A stretch of DNA of 64,000 nucleotides from an uncultured Chloroflexia bacterium (GTDB lineage Bacteria > Chloroflexota > Limnocylindria > Limnocylindrales > CSP1-4). Numbering within the stretch: position 1 is the stretch's first letter; every line of letters begins with the position of its first letter. A program made the translations under genes and the position numbers. Positions 1 through 9,524 of the stretch are shown here, in pieces. The notes beneath the pieces were generated by a model, which was given only the letters and a program-made list of their open reading frames with translations, did no database searches and had not been told where the DNA came from. Where the stretch lies: NCBI GenBank assembly GCA_963700555.1, contig CAVOXZ010000011.1, forward strand, positions 386,907-450,906, read 5' to 3'.

Positions 1-116
1 CGCCGCCGTTGCGGGGCGACGAGCCGCTCAGCTGCGAGTGGCGATCGGGCGACGTCTGGTAGGAGCCGGGTCGGGGATTGCCGGCGTCGGGATTGCCGGC
101 CCGCGGTGCCCGGCGG

Positions 117-689
117 TCAGACCTTGCGCAGCTCGTCGCCGACACGCACCGTGCCACCGCGCACGACGCGCGCGTTCACACCTCGCATCCGGAGCTCACG
201 TCCCAGCGGCGAGTTGATCCAGCGGAGCGCGTCCGACCCGAAGCGGGCGCTGAACTGCGAGCACCCGGTATGGGGCGTTGCGCTGACCTCCAGCTCGGCC
301 TCGCCGACGGCGATCCGGGTGCCGGGGGGGAGGTTCTGGATCGAGAGATCCGCGTCCACGAGGAGCTGGTCCCCGGCGAGCGGCCAGCGGGACTGGTCGG
401 GTTCGATGGCGGCCAGCACCCGGGTGCTCATGATCGTGACCTGGGCATCCGGGTTGGCGGAGCCGTCCGGGCGGGACGAGCTGCCTCGCGCCCGCCAGTC
501 GTCACCGACGACGCCCTCGTCGAGGTCGATCACCGCCTCGGTGACCACGTGGCGCTGCCCAGGACCGGTTCGGAGGACGATCAGCGCGACGTGGCCGCCA
601 TCGACTGGCGCGCCACGAACGGCATCGAGGTGCGGCTCAAAATCACGGGGCGGGGTGGGAGCGGCGGGTGCATCGGGCATCGGGTCCAT
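117..689 (-). CDS. MOSC domain-containing protein
   Basis: 190-aa ORF. It has a MOSC-type C-terminal signature with the conserved Cys (PHTGCSQFSARFG), preceded by GDQLLVDADL...IAVGEAELEV. Confidence 0.7.
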   Translation of the reverse strand: MDPMPDAPAAPTPPRDFEPHLDAVRGAPVDGGHVALIVLRTGPGQRHVVTEAVIDLDEGVVGDDWRARGSSSRPDGSANPDAQVTIMSTRVLAAIEPDQSRWPLAGDQLLVDADLSIQNLPPGTRIAVGEAELEVSATPHTGCSQFSARFGSDALRWINSPLGRELRMRGVNARVVRGGTVRVGDELRKV

Positions 690-815
690 GCCCGAGAGTG
701 TCGCCGACCGAGGGCGATCCTGCTCGCTGGGCCCGCGTCCCGGACCGCCTTCTCGGCGCCTCGCCGGTGCCGTATCGTTCGGCCATCACCGCCCCGCGAA
801 CGGAGCCTGACGGAC

Positions 816-1664
816 GTGGAGATCGCCCTCGTCGAACCCCGCATCTTCGGTATCGAGCCGCGCCTGCCGTTCGAGGAGCTCCAGCGCCGAGCGGAGGAGA
901 AGAAGACCGGTGCGCTGGGCAGCGGCATCGGCGGCCTCCTCGGGCGGCCGAAGGCGGAGGACGTGGTCCTGACCGCGAGCCAGCGCCGGGTGGAGCCGTT
1001 CTGGCACGTGGCCTGCGCGGCCCACTACGTATACGACCGGACGCGGCTGTACACCGTGCCGGCCAGCGCCGGCGATGTTCGATCGGTGACCGTCCTCGGG
1101 ACGGACTACCCCGTCGCCCCGTCGGGCAAGGGCGCTGCGACGTTCGGGATGGAGGTGCTCGAGCACTGCGCGGAGGACGTCCGCGACGAGCTCTACGTGG
1201 ACGGCATGACGGGGGACCCGATGGGCAACGGTCCCGCCCTGCTGGCGGGCACCCGGACCGAGGTCGCCGATCCGGGCGAGCTCGCTGCCGATGAGACCCT
1301 GGTGCTGGCGCCGGAGCAGCGGGCATCCGCCATCGTGCGCCAGCTGCTGGCGAAGCTGCTCAAGCCGCTCCAGGCGGACGCCGTCTTCGAGGAGTCGCTG
1401 GCCGTCGAGGTCCTGGAGCTCTGCTACCGGCCGGTGTGGGCCTTCGAGTTCCACCTGCCCGCGAAGGACCGGCGGGGCGTCGTGGAGGTGGACGCGCTGA
1501 CCGGCGAGACCCGGACGGCCGGCGCCCTCCAGGTCCGCCAGCTCGCACGACGGGTGAGCAAGGAGGCGCTGTTCGACATCGGGGCGGACACGGTGGGCCT
1601 GATCGTCCCGGGCGGGTCGGTCGCGGTGAAGCTGGCACGGGTGGCGATCGACCGCAGCTACTGA
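816..1664 (+). CDS. Hypothetical protein
   Basis: The 3' 282 codons of ORF 78..1664. The GTG at 816 is the first in-frame start clear of the antisense MOSC gene. Composition is non-repetitive and I recognise no family. Confidence 0.5.
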   Translation: MEIALVEPRIFGIEPRLPFEELQRRAEEKKTGALGSGIGGLLGRPKAEDVVLTASQRRVEPFWHVACAAHYVYDRTRLYTVPASAGDVRSVTVLGTDYPVAPSGKGAATFGMEVLEHCAEDVRDELYVDGMTGDPMGNGPALLAGTRTEVADPGELAADETLVLAPEQRASAIVRQLLAKLLKPLQADAVFEESLAVEVLELCYRPVWAFEFHLPAKDRRGVVEVDALTGETRTAGALQVRQLARRVSKEALFDIGADTVGLIVPGGSVAVKLARVAIDRSY

Positions 1665-1740
1665 AGCGCGCAGCGCGCCGATCAGCCGCCGCGCCGATCA
1701 GCCGAGACACGCCCCTCCCATCGCCCCGGCCTCGGGCAGA

Positions 1741-3180
1741 ATGGCCCGCGTGTCTGCGACCGCGAGTGCCACCCCCGCCCCGGCGCGGACGGCCGACCTG
1801 TTTGCCCCTGGGCTGCGCGGGTTGACGCTCGGGCTCGTCTCGACGATCACCCTCGTCGCGCTGGAGTCCCTCGCCATCGGCACCGTGATGCCGATCGTCA
1901 CCGACGAGCTGGGCGACCTCGCGCTCTACGGATGGGTCTACACGGCGTTCTTCCTGGGCAACCTGGTGGGGATCGTCCTCGCCGGCGGTGCCCTCGACCG
2001 GATGCCGCTCCACCGGCCCTTCGCAGCGGGCCTTGTGCTGTTCGCGCTGGGTCTGCTGGCCGGGGGCCTGGCCCCTTCGATGCCGGTGCTCGTGCTCGCC
2101 CGCTTCGTCCAGGGGCTTGGCGGCGGGGCCGTGGGTCCCACGGCCTATACCGCCATCGGCCGCTGCCTCCCCGAGCCGCTCCAGCCCCGGATGTTCGCCA
2201 TGCTGTCCACGGCGTGGGTGGTCCCGGGGATCATCGGTCCCACGCTCGCCGCCCTCGTCGGCGAGCTGACCAGCTGGCGCTGGGTGTTCCTGGGCCTGCT
2301 GCCGATGCTCCTGGTGGCGGGGAGCCTGGCGTTCCGTGCGCTCCGCCGGGTGGAGGGGTCGCGCCCGGATGGCGGCACGGCGGGCCAGGGCACCGGGGCG
2401 CGCTTCGTCCGTGCCGTGGCGGCAGCCGGCGGGGCGGGCCTGCTGGTCGCCGCGTTGGGGGCCACCACGCCCTGGGTGGTCCTCGTCGGGGCGCTTGCCG
2501 GCGGCGCGATCCTGGTGCCGGCCTTCCGGTCGCTCACGCCGCCCGGAACGCTGGTGCTCGCGTTGGGCGTCCCGGCAGCGGTGATGCTGCGCGCGGTGAT
2601 GACCTTCGCGTTCTTCGCCTCTGACGCCTACATCCCGCTGCTGCTGCAGACGTGGCGCGGAACCCCGGCGATCCTCACGGGCATCGTGTTCACGGCCACG
2701 ACCGTGGCCTGGACCGCGGGCACCTGGTACCAGGCCCGCCATATCGACCGGCGCGGCCCGGTCGTGTTCGTCGCGCTCGGGTTTGCCGCCGTCGGCATCG
2801 GGGCGGCGCTCACCCTGCCGGTGCTGATCCCGGGTGTTCCCCCCGAGATCGCGATCCTCACCTGGGTCCCGCCCGGGATCGGCATGGGCCTGATGTACTC
2901 GGCCGTGACGCTGGTGGTGCTCCGCGGCGTCGGGCGGGCCGAGCAGGGGAGCGCTGCCTCGTCGATCCAGCTCGCCGACATCCTGGGCACGGCCCTGGGA
3001 GCCGGGGTCGCCGGCGCCATCACCGCCGCCGGGGAACGGGCAGGGCCGGACGGGCTCGGCTGGGCCCTCGCCGCCGTGTTCTCGATGACCGTCGTTGCCA
3101 GCCTGCTGGGCCTGGCCGGCTCCCGCCGCGTGGCGACCGCATCGTCCGCGTGGGTGGGGCAGGGGGCTGCGGTAGACTAG
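1741..3180 (+). CDS. MFS transporter
   Basis: 479 aa with about 12-14 hydrophobic helices. Layout is MFS-like, with a GALDRMPLHRP loop after TM2. Confidence 0.8.
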   Translation: MARVSATASATPAPARTADLFAPGLRGLTLGLVSTITLVALESLAIGTVMPIVTDELGDLALYGWVYTAFFLGNLVGIVLAGGALDRMPLHRPFAAGLVLFALGLLAGGLAPSMPVLVLARFVQGLGGGAVGPTAYTAIGRCLPEPLQPRMFAMLSTAWVVPGIIGPTLAALVGELTSWRWVFLGLLPMLLVAGSLAFRALRRVEGSRPDGGTAGQGTGARFVRAVAAAGGAGLLVAALGATTPWVVLVGALAGGAILVPAFRSLTPPGTLVLALGVPAAVMLRAVMTFAFFASDAYIPLLLQTWRGTPAILTGIVFTATTVAWTAGTWYQARHIDRRGPVVFVALGFAAVGIGAALTLPVLIPGVPPEIAILTWVPPGIGMGLMYSAVTLVVLRGVGRAEQGSAASSIQLADILGTALGAGVAGAITAAGERAGPDGLGWALAAVFSMTVVASLLGLAGSRRVATASSAWVGQGAAVD

Positions 3181-3245
3181 CGATCCGGCTCGCCCGAAGC
3201 CCGGGCCCGGCCCAACCGCGCCACCACTCGGAGGTTCCGAACTCC

Positions 3246-3767
3246 ATGTCCGCCGAGACGCTTCGCGCGAAGATCCGCGAGATCCCCGACTTCCCGAAGC
3301 CCGGCATCCTGTTCTACGACATCACCACGCTGCTCAAGGATCCTGCCTCCTACAAGGAGTCGATCGACCTCATGCTGGAGCCCTACCGGGACGAGCAGGT
3401 GGACATCGTCGTGGGCATGGAATCGCGCGGCTTCATCTTCTCCGCCCCGATGGCCTACCAGCTGGGCACGGGTCTCGTCCCCGTCCGCAAGCTGGGCAAG
3501 CTGCCGGCGGAGACGCTGACCGTCGAATACGCCCTGGAGTACGGCTCGAACACCCTGGAGATCCACCGGGATGCGATCGCTCCCGGGCAGCGCGTCCTCA
3601 TCGTCGACGACCTCCTCGCCACCGGCGGCACGGTGCGCGGGACGATCGAGCTGATCGAGCGCCTCAAGGGTGAGGTCGTCGGCCTCGCGTTCCTCGTCGA
3701 GCTCGACTTCCTCAAGGGTCGCGAGCGGCTGGAGGGCCGAAAGGTCACCAGCGTCATCCAGTACTAG
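3246..3767 (+). CDS. apt: Adenine phosphoribosyltransferase
   Basis: ATG at 3246 preceded by GGAGG. PRPP-binding motif VLIVDDLLATGGT. Resembles Apt end to end (PDFPKPGILFYDIT...). Confidence 0.93.
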   Translation: MSAETLRAKIREIPDFPKPGILFYDITTLLKDPASYKESIDLMLEPYRDEQVDIVVGMESRGFIFSAPMAYQLGTGLVPVRKLGKLPAETLTVEYALEYGSNTLEIHRDAIAPGQRVLIVDDLLATGGTVRGTIELIERLKGEVVGLAFLVELDFLKGRERLEGRKVTSVIQY

Positions 3768-3812
3768 GCCGGTGAGGCGCGGCCGCGCGCGTCCCCGGCG
3801 CCCGGACCTCAG

Positions 3813-5246
3813 GTGAGCGAACCCGTCAACCCCTCCGATCCTGATCGCCGACGGTTCTTCCGGCGGTTCGCCGGCGAGGTCGCCACGTCGGTTGGCTCCA
3901 TGATGGGCGCGGCGCAGACCCTCCAGGCGTCGTCCACGGAGGCCGCCCGGGAGCTGCTCGGCAACTCGCCGGTGGCCGCGTCCCCGGCCGGCGTGCCGGT
4001 CGGAGGCATGTCCGGCCTGACGACCGCGGTGCCCTCGCTCGAGCCGCAGGATGCCTCGACCGCCGGGTGGCGCGCCCCCTTCCGCTGGGACGGCGACGTC
4101 TGCCGGATCGTCGACCAGCGCCGGCTCCCGGACACGCTCGTGGACATCGAGCTTCGCGGTGCCGCGGACACCGTGAACGCCATCAACGACGGCGCGCTCG
4201 TCGGGACGCTCGTCCAGGCCCAGGTCGGCGCGGTCGTCCTTGCGCTCGTCGCGAAGAACGGCACGGCCTCGAGGTCGTTCGCCCGGCGGGCCACCATCCG
4301 GGGGGCCGCCAACGCGCTCCGCCTCACCCGGCCGGGCTCGGCCGCCATGGGCGCGGCGCTGGACCGGATGCTCGCGCTCCTGGAGCTGGCCGGCCTCGAC
4401 GCGACCGGCGACGAGGTGGCGGCCATGCTCCACGATGAGGCGGAGCACCTCATCGGTGAGGCGATCGAGGACCACGGCAGCCTCGTCGGCCACCTGGTCG
4501 GGATGCTGCCCGGCGGCCCAGCGGACCCGCTGCGCGTGCTGGTCCTGGGGAGCACGGGGGCGATGGGTGGTGGCCAGTTCGGGACCGCGCTGTCCGCGGT
4601 CCAGGTGATGCACCACGCCGGGCGTCCGGTCCACGTGCTGGTGCCCGAGGGCCGCCCGGGCTTCGAGGGCTCCCGGATCGCCGCCTGGGAGCTCCGCCAG
4701 GCCGGGGTCTCCCACGCCGTCGTGACCGATGCCGGAGCTCCCGGCTGCATCGCTGCCGGCGAGGTCGAGGCCGTCCTCGTCGGCGCGGACCGGATCGCCG
4801 CCAACGGCGACGTCGTCGGGACGGCAGGGGCGTACCCGCTCGCGCTCGCATGCCATGCGTCCGGTCTCCCGTTCATCGTCTGTGCGCCGACCAACGTCAT
4901 CGACCTGGCGGTGGCTGACGGCGAGAGCGCGACGATCGAGGAGGGCCGGCCGACCCCGGTGCTGCGCGCCGGCGGCACCCGGATCGCCCCCGAGGGCACC
5001 CAGGTCCGGAACCCGGTCCAGGACCTGGTCCCGGCATCGCTGGTCACGGCCATCGTCACCGAGGAGGGCGTGGTCCGGGCACCGCTCGGGGATGCCCTCG
5101 AGGCCGCCGCGGCGGCCGCCACCGTGCGGCGAACGCGATCGAAGGGCTACGCGGCGCTGGTCGCCCAACGCGCCGCCGCCGTGCCCGCCCCGGCCCCGGT
5201 CGACGTGGCCGCCCTCCGCAACCCGCCGCGGACCCCGGGGCCCTGA
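3813..5246 (+). CDS. eIF-2B alpha/beta/delta family protein, methylthioribose-1-phosphate isomerase-like
   Basis: MtnA-like core (FGTAL, GADRIAANGD, PFIVCAP). The catalytic-Cys block THCN reads LGST. It carries an N-terminal extension of about 85 aa with RRRFFRRF. Confidence 0.75.
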   Translation: MSEPVNPSDPDRRRFFRRFAGEVATSVGSMMGAAQTLQASSTEAARELLGNSPVAASPAGVPVGGMSGLTTAVPSLEPQDASTAGWRAPFRWDGDVCRIVDQRRLPDTLVDIELRGAADTVNAINDGALVGTLVQAQVGAVVLALVAKNGTASRSFARRATIRGAANALRLTRPGSAAMGAALDRMLALLELAGLDATGDEVAAMLHDEAEHLIGEAIEDHGSLVGHLVGMLPGGPADPLRVLVLGSTGAMGGGQFGTALSAVQVMHHAGRPVHVLVPEGRPGFEGSRIAAWELRQAGVSHAVVTDAGAPGCIAAGEVEAVLVGADRIAANGDVVGTAGAYPLALACHASGLPFIVCAPTNVIDLAVADGESATIEEGRPTPVLRAGGTRIAPEGTQVRNPVQDLVPASLVTAIVTEEGVVRAPLGDALEAAAAAATVRRTRSKGYAALVAQRAAAVPAPAPVDVAALRNPPRTPGP

Positions 5247-6235
5247 TGGCCACCGCCGCGATCGGCTCCCGTACCGGTGTGCTCGCCCGGAGCACGACCG
5301 ACCGGGTCCTCCTGCGCGAGTTCCTGGAGCGGGACCGCCTGTTCGCCGCCTACGCGATCTGTGACCTCTCCGAGCGCGAGTTCGGCCGGACGCGGTGGGG
5401 GATCGCGATGTCCGGCGACGAGCCGGTCGCGGTGGCCCTCGAGTACAGCGGCGTGACCCCCCAGCCGATGTTCGTGATGGGCGAGCCCGATGGGATCACG
5501 GCCATCCTGGGCGACGTGGTCCGGCCTCGAGCCGCCTACGTCGCCGCCAAGTCGGAGTCGCTGCCGGCCGTCACCCAGCACTACCGGGTGGAGCCCGGGC
5601 CGGAGATGGTCCGGATGTGGGTCGATCGCTCGACGTTCCAGCCGGTGACCGCCCGGGTCGAGCGGCTCCTGGCCGTGGACGCGCACGAGCTCAACCGCCT
5701 CTACCAGCTGGGGTTCGCGGCCTGGCTGCCGTCGTCCGCCGTCGCGGAGGGCGTGTACTACGGCATCCGCGTCAACGGCCGGCTTGTCGCCGCGGCCGGG
5801 ACTCACGTCATCGGTCGCGAGGCCGGACTGGCGGTGGTGGGCAACGTCCTGACCCGCGCCGATCTCCGCGGACGCGGGTATGCGAAGGTGGTCACGAGCG
5901 CGGTGACCGCGGAGCTCCTCAGATCGTGCGAGCAGGTCGTCCTCAACGTGCGCTCCGACAACCCGCCGGCAATCGCCGCCTACCGCCGCCTCGGGTATCG
6001 GGATCATTGCCGGTTCGAGGAGCGCCTCGCCCGCCGGACGACGCCGTCCTGGCCGGATCTCGTGGCCCCGTTCCGGCGGCTGTTCTCGGGCAGGCGTCCC
6101 CCGCCCGTCGAGGTCGCTGCCCTGCACCAGGCCCATCCCATGCGACCGGCCGAGGCCGTGCCGCCCCCGCCATCCGATCCGTCGCCGGCGTCGCCCGCCG
6201 GTGCCGACCCCACCAATCCCCAGGAGCCCACATGA
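5246..6235 (+). CDS. GNAT family N-acetyltransferase
   Basis: Acetyl-CoA motif [11 protein letters not shown]...[14 protein letters not shown], in the C-terminal half. Pro-rich tail. 4-nt overlap with ahcY. Confidence 0.7.
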   Translation: MATAAIGSRTGVLARSTTDRVLLREFLERDRLFAAYAICDLSEREFGRTRWGIAMSGDEPVAVALEYSGVTPQPMFVMGEPDGITAILGDVVRPRAAYVAAKSESLPAVTQHYRVEPGPEMVRMWVDRSTFQPVTARVERLLAVDAHELNRLYQLGFAAWLPSSAVAEGVYYGIRVNGRLVAAAGTHVIGREAGLAVVGNVLTRADLRGRGYAKVVTSAVTAELLRSCEQVVLNVRSDNPPAIAAYRRLGYRDHCRFEERLARRTTPSWPDLVAPFRRLFSGRRPPPVEVAALHQAHPMRPAEAVPPPPSDPSPASPAGADPTNPQEPT

Positions 6236-7509
6236 CCGACGCCGCATCCCACCTCCCGCATGACGTGACCGACCTCTCGCTCGCCGAGGAGGGCGTGCGC
6301 CGGATCGAGTGGGCGGAGCGCGAGATGCCCGTCCTGCGCCTCATCCGCGAGCGGTTCGAGCGCGAGAAGCCCCTGGCGGGCCTCCGGATCGGCGCCTGCC
6401 TCCACGTCACCACCGAGACCGCGAACCTGATGCGGACCCTGGCAGCGGGCGGCGCCGAGGTGCACCTCGCGGCCTCCAACCCGCTCTCGACCCAGGACTG
6501 GACGGCGGCGGCGCTGGTGGCCGCCTATGGCATCTCGACCTACGCCCGCCGTAGCGAGGACAACGACACCTACTACGCCCACCTCCGCACGGTGGCGGAC
6601 ATCCACCCGCAGATCACCATGGACGACGGCTGCGACCTCGTGTCGCTGCTCCACAAGGAGCGCCGCGACCAGCTGTCCGAGATCCTGGCGGGCACCGAGG
6701 AGACCACGACCGGGGTCATCCGCCTTCGGGCGATGGCCGCCGACGGGGCGCTCGCCTTCCCGGTCGTGGCCGTCAACGAGGCCGAGACCAAGCACCTGTT
6801 CGACAACCGGTACGGGACCGGCCAGTCCACCATCGACGGCATCCTGCGGGCGACGAACATCCTGATCGCCGGCCGCAACGTGGTGGTCGCGGGGTACGGC
6901 TGGGTGGGCCGCGGGATCGCGTCGCGGATGGCCGGCCACGGCGCCCACGTGGCGATCGTGGAGGTCAACCCCGTCCGCGCGATCGAGGCCCTGATGGACG
7001 GGTACCAGGTCATGACCGCCGGCCAGGCCGCGCCCTGGGGCGAGCTGTTCGTGTCCGCGACCGGCAACCTCAACGTGTTCCGACGCGAGCACTTCGCGGC
7101 CATGCGCGACGGCGCGATCCTGGCCAACTCCGGCCACTTCGACGCGGAGCTCGATCTGCCGGCGTTGCGCGCGATGGCCGAGGGCCACGTGCGCGACGTG
7201 CGCCCCAACGTCCAGGAGTTCGACCTCGGCGGCAAGCGTCTCAACCTGATCGCGGAGGGCCGGCTGGTGAACCTCGGCGCGGCCGAGGGCCATCCGGCGG
7301 CCGTGATGGACATGAGCTTCGCGAACCAGGCGCTGGCGGCCGAGTACGTCGCACGCCATCACGCGGAGCTCGAGGCGCGGGTCTACGTCGTGCCCGAGGC
7401 CATCGACGCCGAGGTCGCCCGGCTCAAGCTCGCGGCCATGGGCATCACGCTCGATCCCATGACCCCGGAACAGCTGGCCTACGTGTCCTCCTGGCAGCAA
7501 GGGACCTAG
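6232..7509 (+). CDS. ahcY: Adenosylhomocysteinase
   Basis: 425 aa. NAD-binding GYGWVGRG plus EETTTGV and HFDAE motifs. Similar to SAH hydrolase over the full length. Confidence 0.95.
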   Translation: MTDAASHLPHDVTDLSLAEEGVRRIEWAEREMPVLRLIRERFEREKPLAGLRIGACLHVTTETANLMRTLAAGGAEVHLAASNPLSTQDWTAAALVAAYGISTYARRSEDNDTYYAHLRTVADIHPQITMDDGCDLVSLLHKERRDQLSEILAGTEETTTGVIRLRAMAADGALAFPVVAVNEAETKHLFDNRYGTGQSTIDGILRATNILIAGRNVVVAGYGWVGRGIASRMAGHGAHVAIVEVNPVRAIEALMDGYQVMTAGQAAPWGELFVSATGNLNVFRREHFAAMRDGAILANSGHFDAELDLPALRAMAEGHVRDVRPNVQEFDLGGKRLNLIAEGRLVNLGAAEGHPAAVMDMSFANQALAAEYVARHHAELEARVYVVPEAIDAEVARLKLAAMGITLDPMTPEQLAYVSSWQQGT

Positions 7510-7512
7510 GAG

Positions 7513-9524
7513 ATGGCCGACGCGGCCACAGGCTCGGAGGGCTCCTCCGACGGGCGGCGGACCGCTCCGTACGGGAGCTGGGGATCGTCGATCGACGTCG
7601 AGCTCGTCGCGGGTACGGCCGTCGCGATCGGCGAGCCGTGGCTCGACGGGGACGACGCCTACTGGCTCGAGAGCCGGGCGGCGGAGGGCGGCCGTCGGAC
7701 CCTGCTGCGTCACGACCTCGATGGCCGGACCGTGGAGTTGACGCCGGCCCCGTTCCGGGTCGGCAGTCGCGTGCACGAGTACGGGGGCGGCTCGTATGTC
7801 GTCGACGCCGGTCGCGTGGTCGTGTCCTCGGTCTCGGACGGCCGACTCTGGCGGGTGGATCCCGATGGTGCCTCGGACCCGGTCGCACTCACGCCCGAGG
7901 GCCCCTGGCGATACGCGGACGCGCGGTTCGACCCGGGGGCCGACCGGATCTACGCCGTCCGAGAGACGCATGATGCGCAGCGCCCCGACGATCCGCTGCT
8001 GGTCGAGAACGAGCTGGTCGCGATCGCGCTCGACGGATCGGACGGCTCCGGGCGGCTCCTCGTGGGCGGGCAGGATTTCGTGGCCGGCCCGCGGCCTTCA
8101 CCGGACGGCCGGCTCCTCGCGTGGCTCGAGTGGGACCACCCGGAGATGCCGTGGGACTCGGTGCGCCTGCAGGTTGCCGAGGTCCTCGGCGATGGCTCGC
8201 TGGGCGAGGCGCGGACGGTGGCCGGCGGCCCCGGGATCAGCGTCGTCGAGGCCAGCTGGAGCCCGTCCGGGGTGCTCCACGCGGCCTGGGACACCACCGG
8301 CTGGTGGAACCTGTACGCGTTCGACGGCCCCGACGGGGTCGCGGGTCCCGCCCGCGGCCTCGCGCCGATGGAGGCGGAGATCGGCGGCCCATCCTGGCTC
8401 CTGGGAGACGCGTCGTACGGGTTCGCCGACGACGGCTCCATCCTCGCGGTCGCGCGCCGCGATGGCCGCGCCGGGCTGGTCCGGATCGCGGCCGACGGGA
8501 TCGTCACCCGCCCCGACACGCCGTGGACGGAGTACGGCGGTCTGCAGGTCCGGGGCAGCGGGGCGCTGGCGGCAGCCTCCGGGCCGCAGGAGGGCACGAT
8601 CCTCGTCCGCCTTGACGCCCGGACCGGCGAGGCCACCGGGGTGCTGGCACGTTCGCTGAACGTCCCCCTCGAGCCGGCCGTGCTGCCGGTCGCCGAGTCG
8701 ATCACGTTTCCCACCGGCGATGGCGCGACCGCGAGAGCCCTCTATTTCGCCCCGACGAACGGCGCCTGTCGCGGTCCGGACGGCGAACTGCCACCGCTGC
8801 TCGTCCTCGCGCACGGTGGACCGACGTCGGCCGCCACCTCGGCGCTGTCCCTTGATCGGGCGTTCTTCACGTCGCGGGGGATCGCCGTGGTCGATGTCGA
8901 CTACCGTGGCTCCACCGGATACGGACGCCCGTACCGGGACGCGCTCCGCGGCCAGTGGGGGATCGCGGACGTCGAGGACTGCGTGGCCGCGGCCGCGTTC
9001 CTCGTGGCCCGCGGCTCGGTCGACCCTCGCCGGCTCGCGATCCGGGGCGGCAGCGCCGGCGGCTATACCACGCTGGCGGCGCTCGCGTTCCGGCCGGAGG
9101 TGTTCGCCGCGGGCATCAGCCGCTACGGCATTGCCGACCTGGAGCTCATCCACCTCGACGGCCACAAGTTCGAGTCGCGCTACGACGAGGGCTGCTCGCC
9201 CCCTGGGACGAGGAGGGACGCAAGGTCTTCCGCGAGCGCTCGCCGATCCACTGCCTGGACCGCGTTCGGGCCCCGCTGCTGCTGCTGCAGGGGCTGGACG
9301 ACAAGGTGGTGCCGCCCTCGCAGCTGGATGCGATGGTCGCCGAGTTCTCCGCGCGCGGCCTGCCGCACGTCGCCATGCGGTTCGAGGGCGAGGGTCACGG
9401 GTTCCGCAAGGCGGAGACTCGACGGGCAACCTACCGGGCCGAGCTCGCGTTCCTCGGGCGGGTGTTCGGGTTCGCGCCCGCCGACGACGATATCGAGCCG
9501 ATGGAGATCCCCGGCCTCGCGTAG
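7513..9524 (+). pseudogene. S9 family prolyl oligopeptidase / acylaminoacyl-peptidase, frame broken near 9190
   Basis: The N-terminal propeller and nucleophile GGSAGGYT are in the frame of ORF 7513..9645. The Asp/His part (QGLDDKVVP, GEGHGFRK) continues in the frame of ORF 8955..9524. The junction HKFESRYDEG | LLAPWDEEGRKVFRERSP implies one missing base at gaggg/ctg. Confidence 0.85.

Noticed and set aside
3813-3905. Calling the MtnA-like protein a Tat-exported enzyme
   Set aside because: The RRRFFRRF motif is suggestive, but the following segment contains Glu and is only weakly hydrophobic. Export of an eIF-2B-fold enzyme would also be unprecedented. I kept it as a note inside the finding rather than as a claim.
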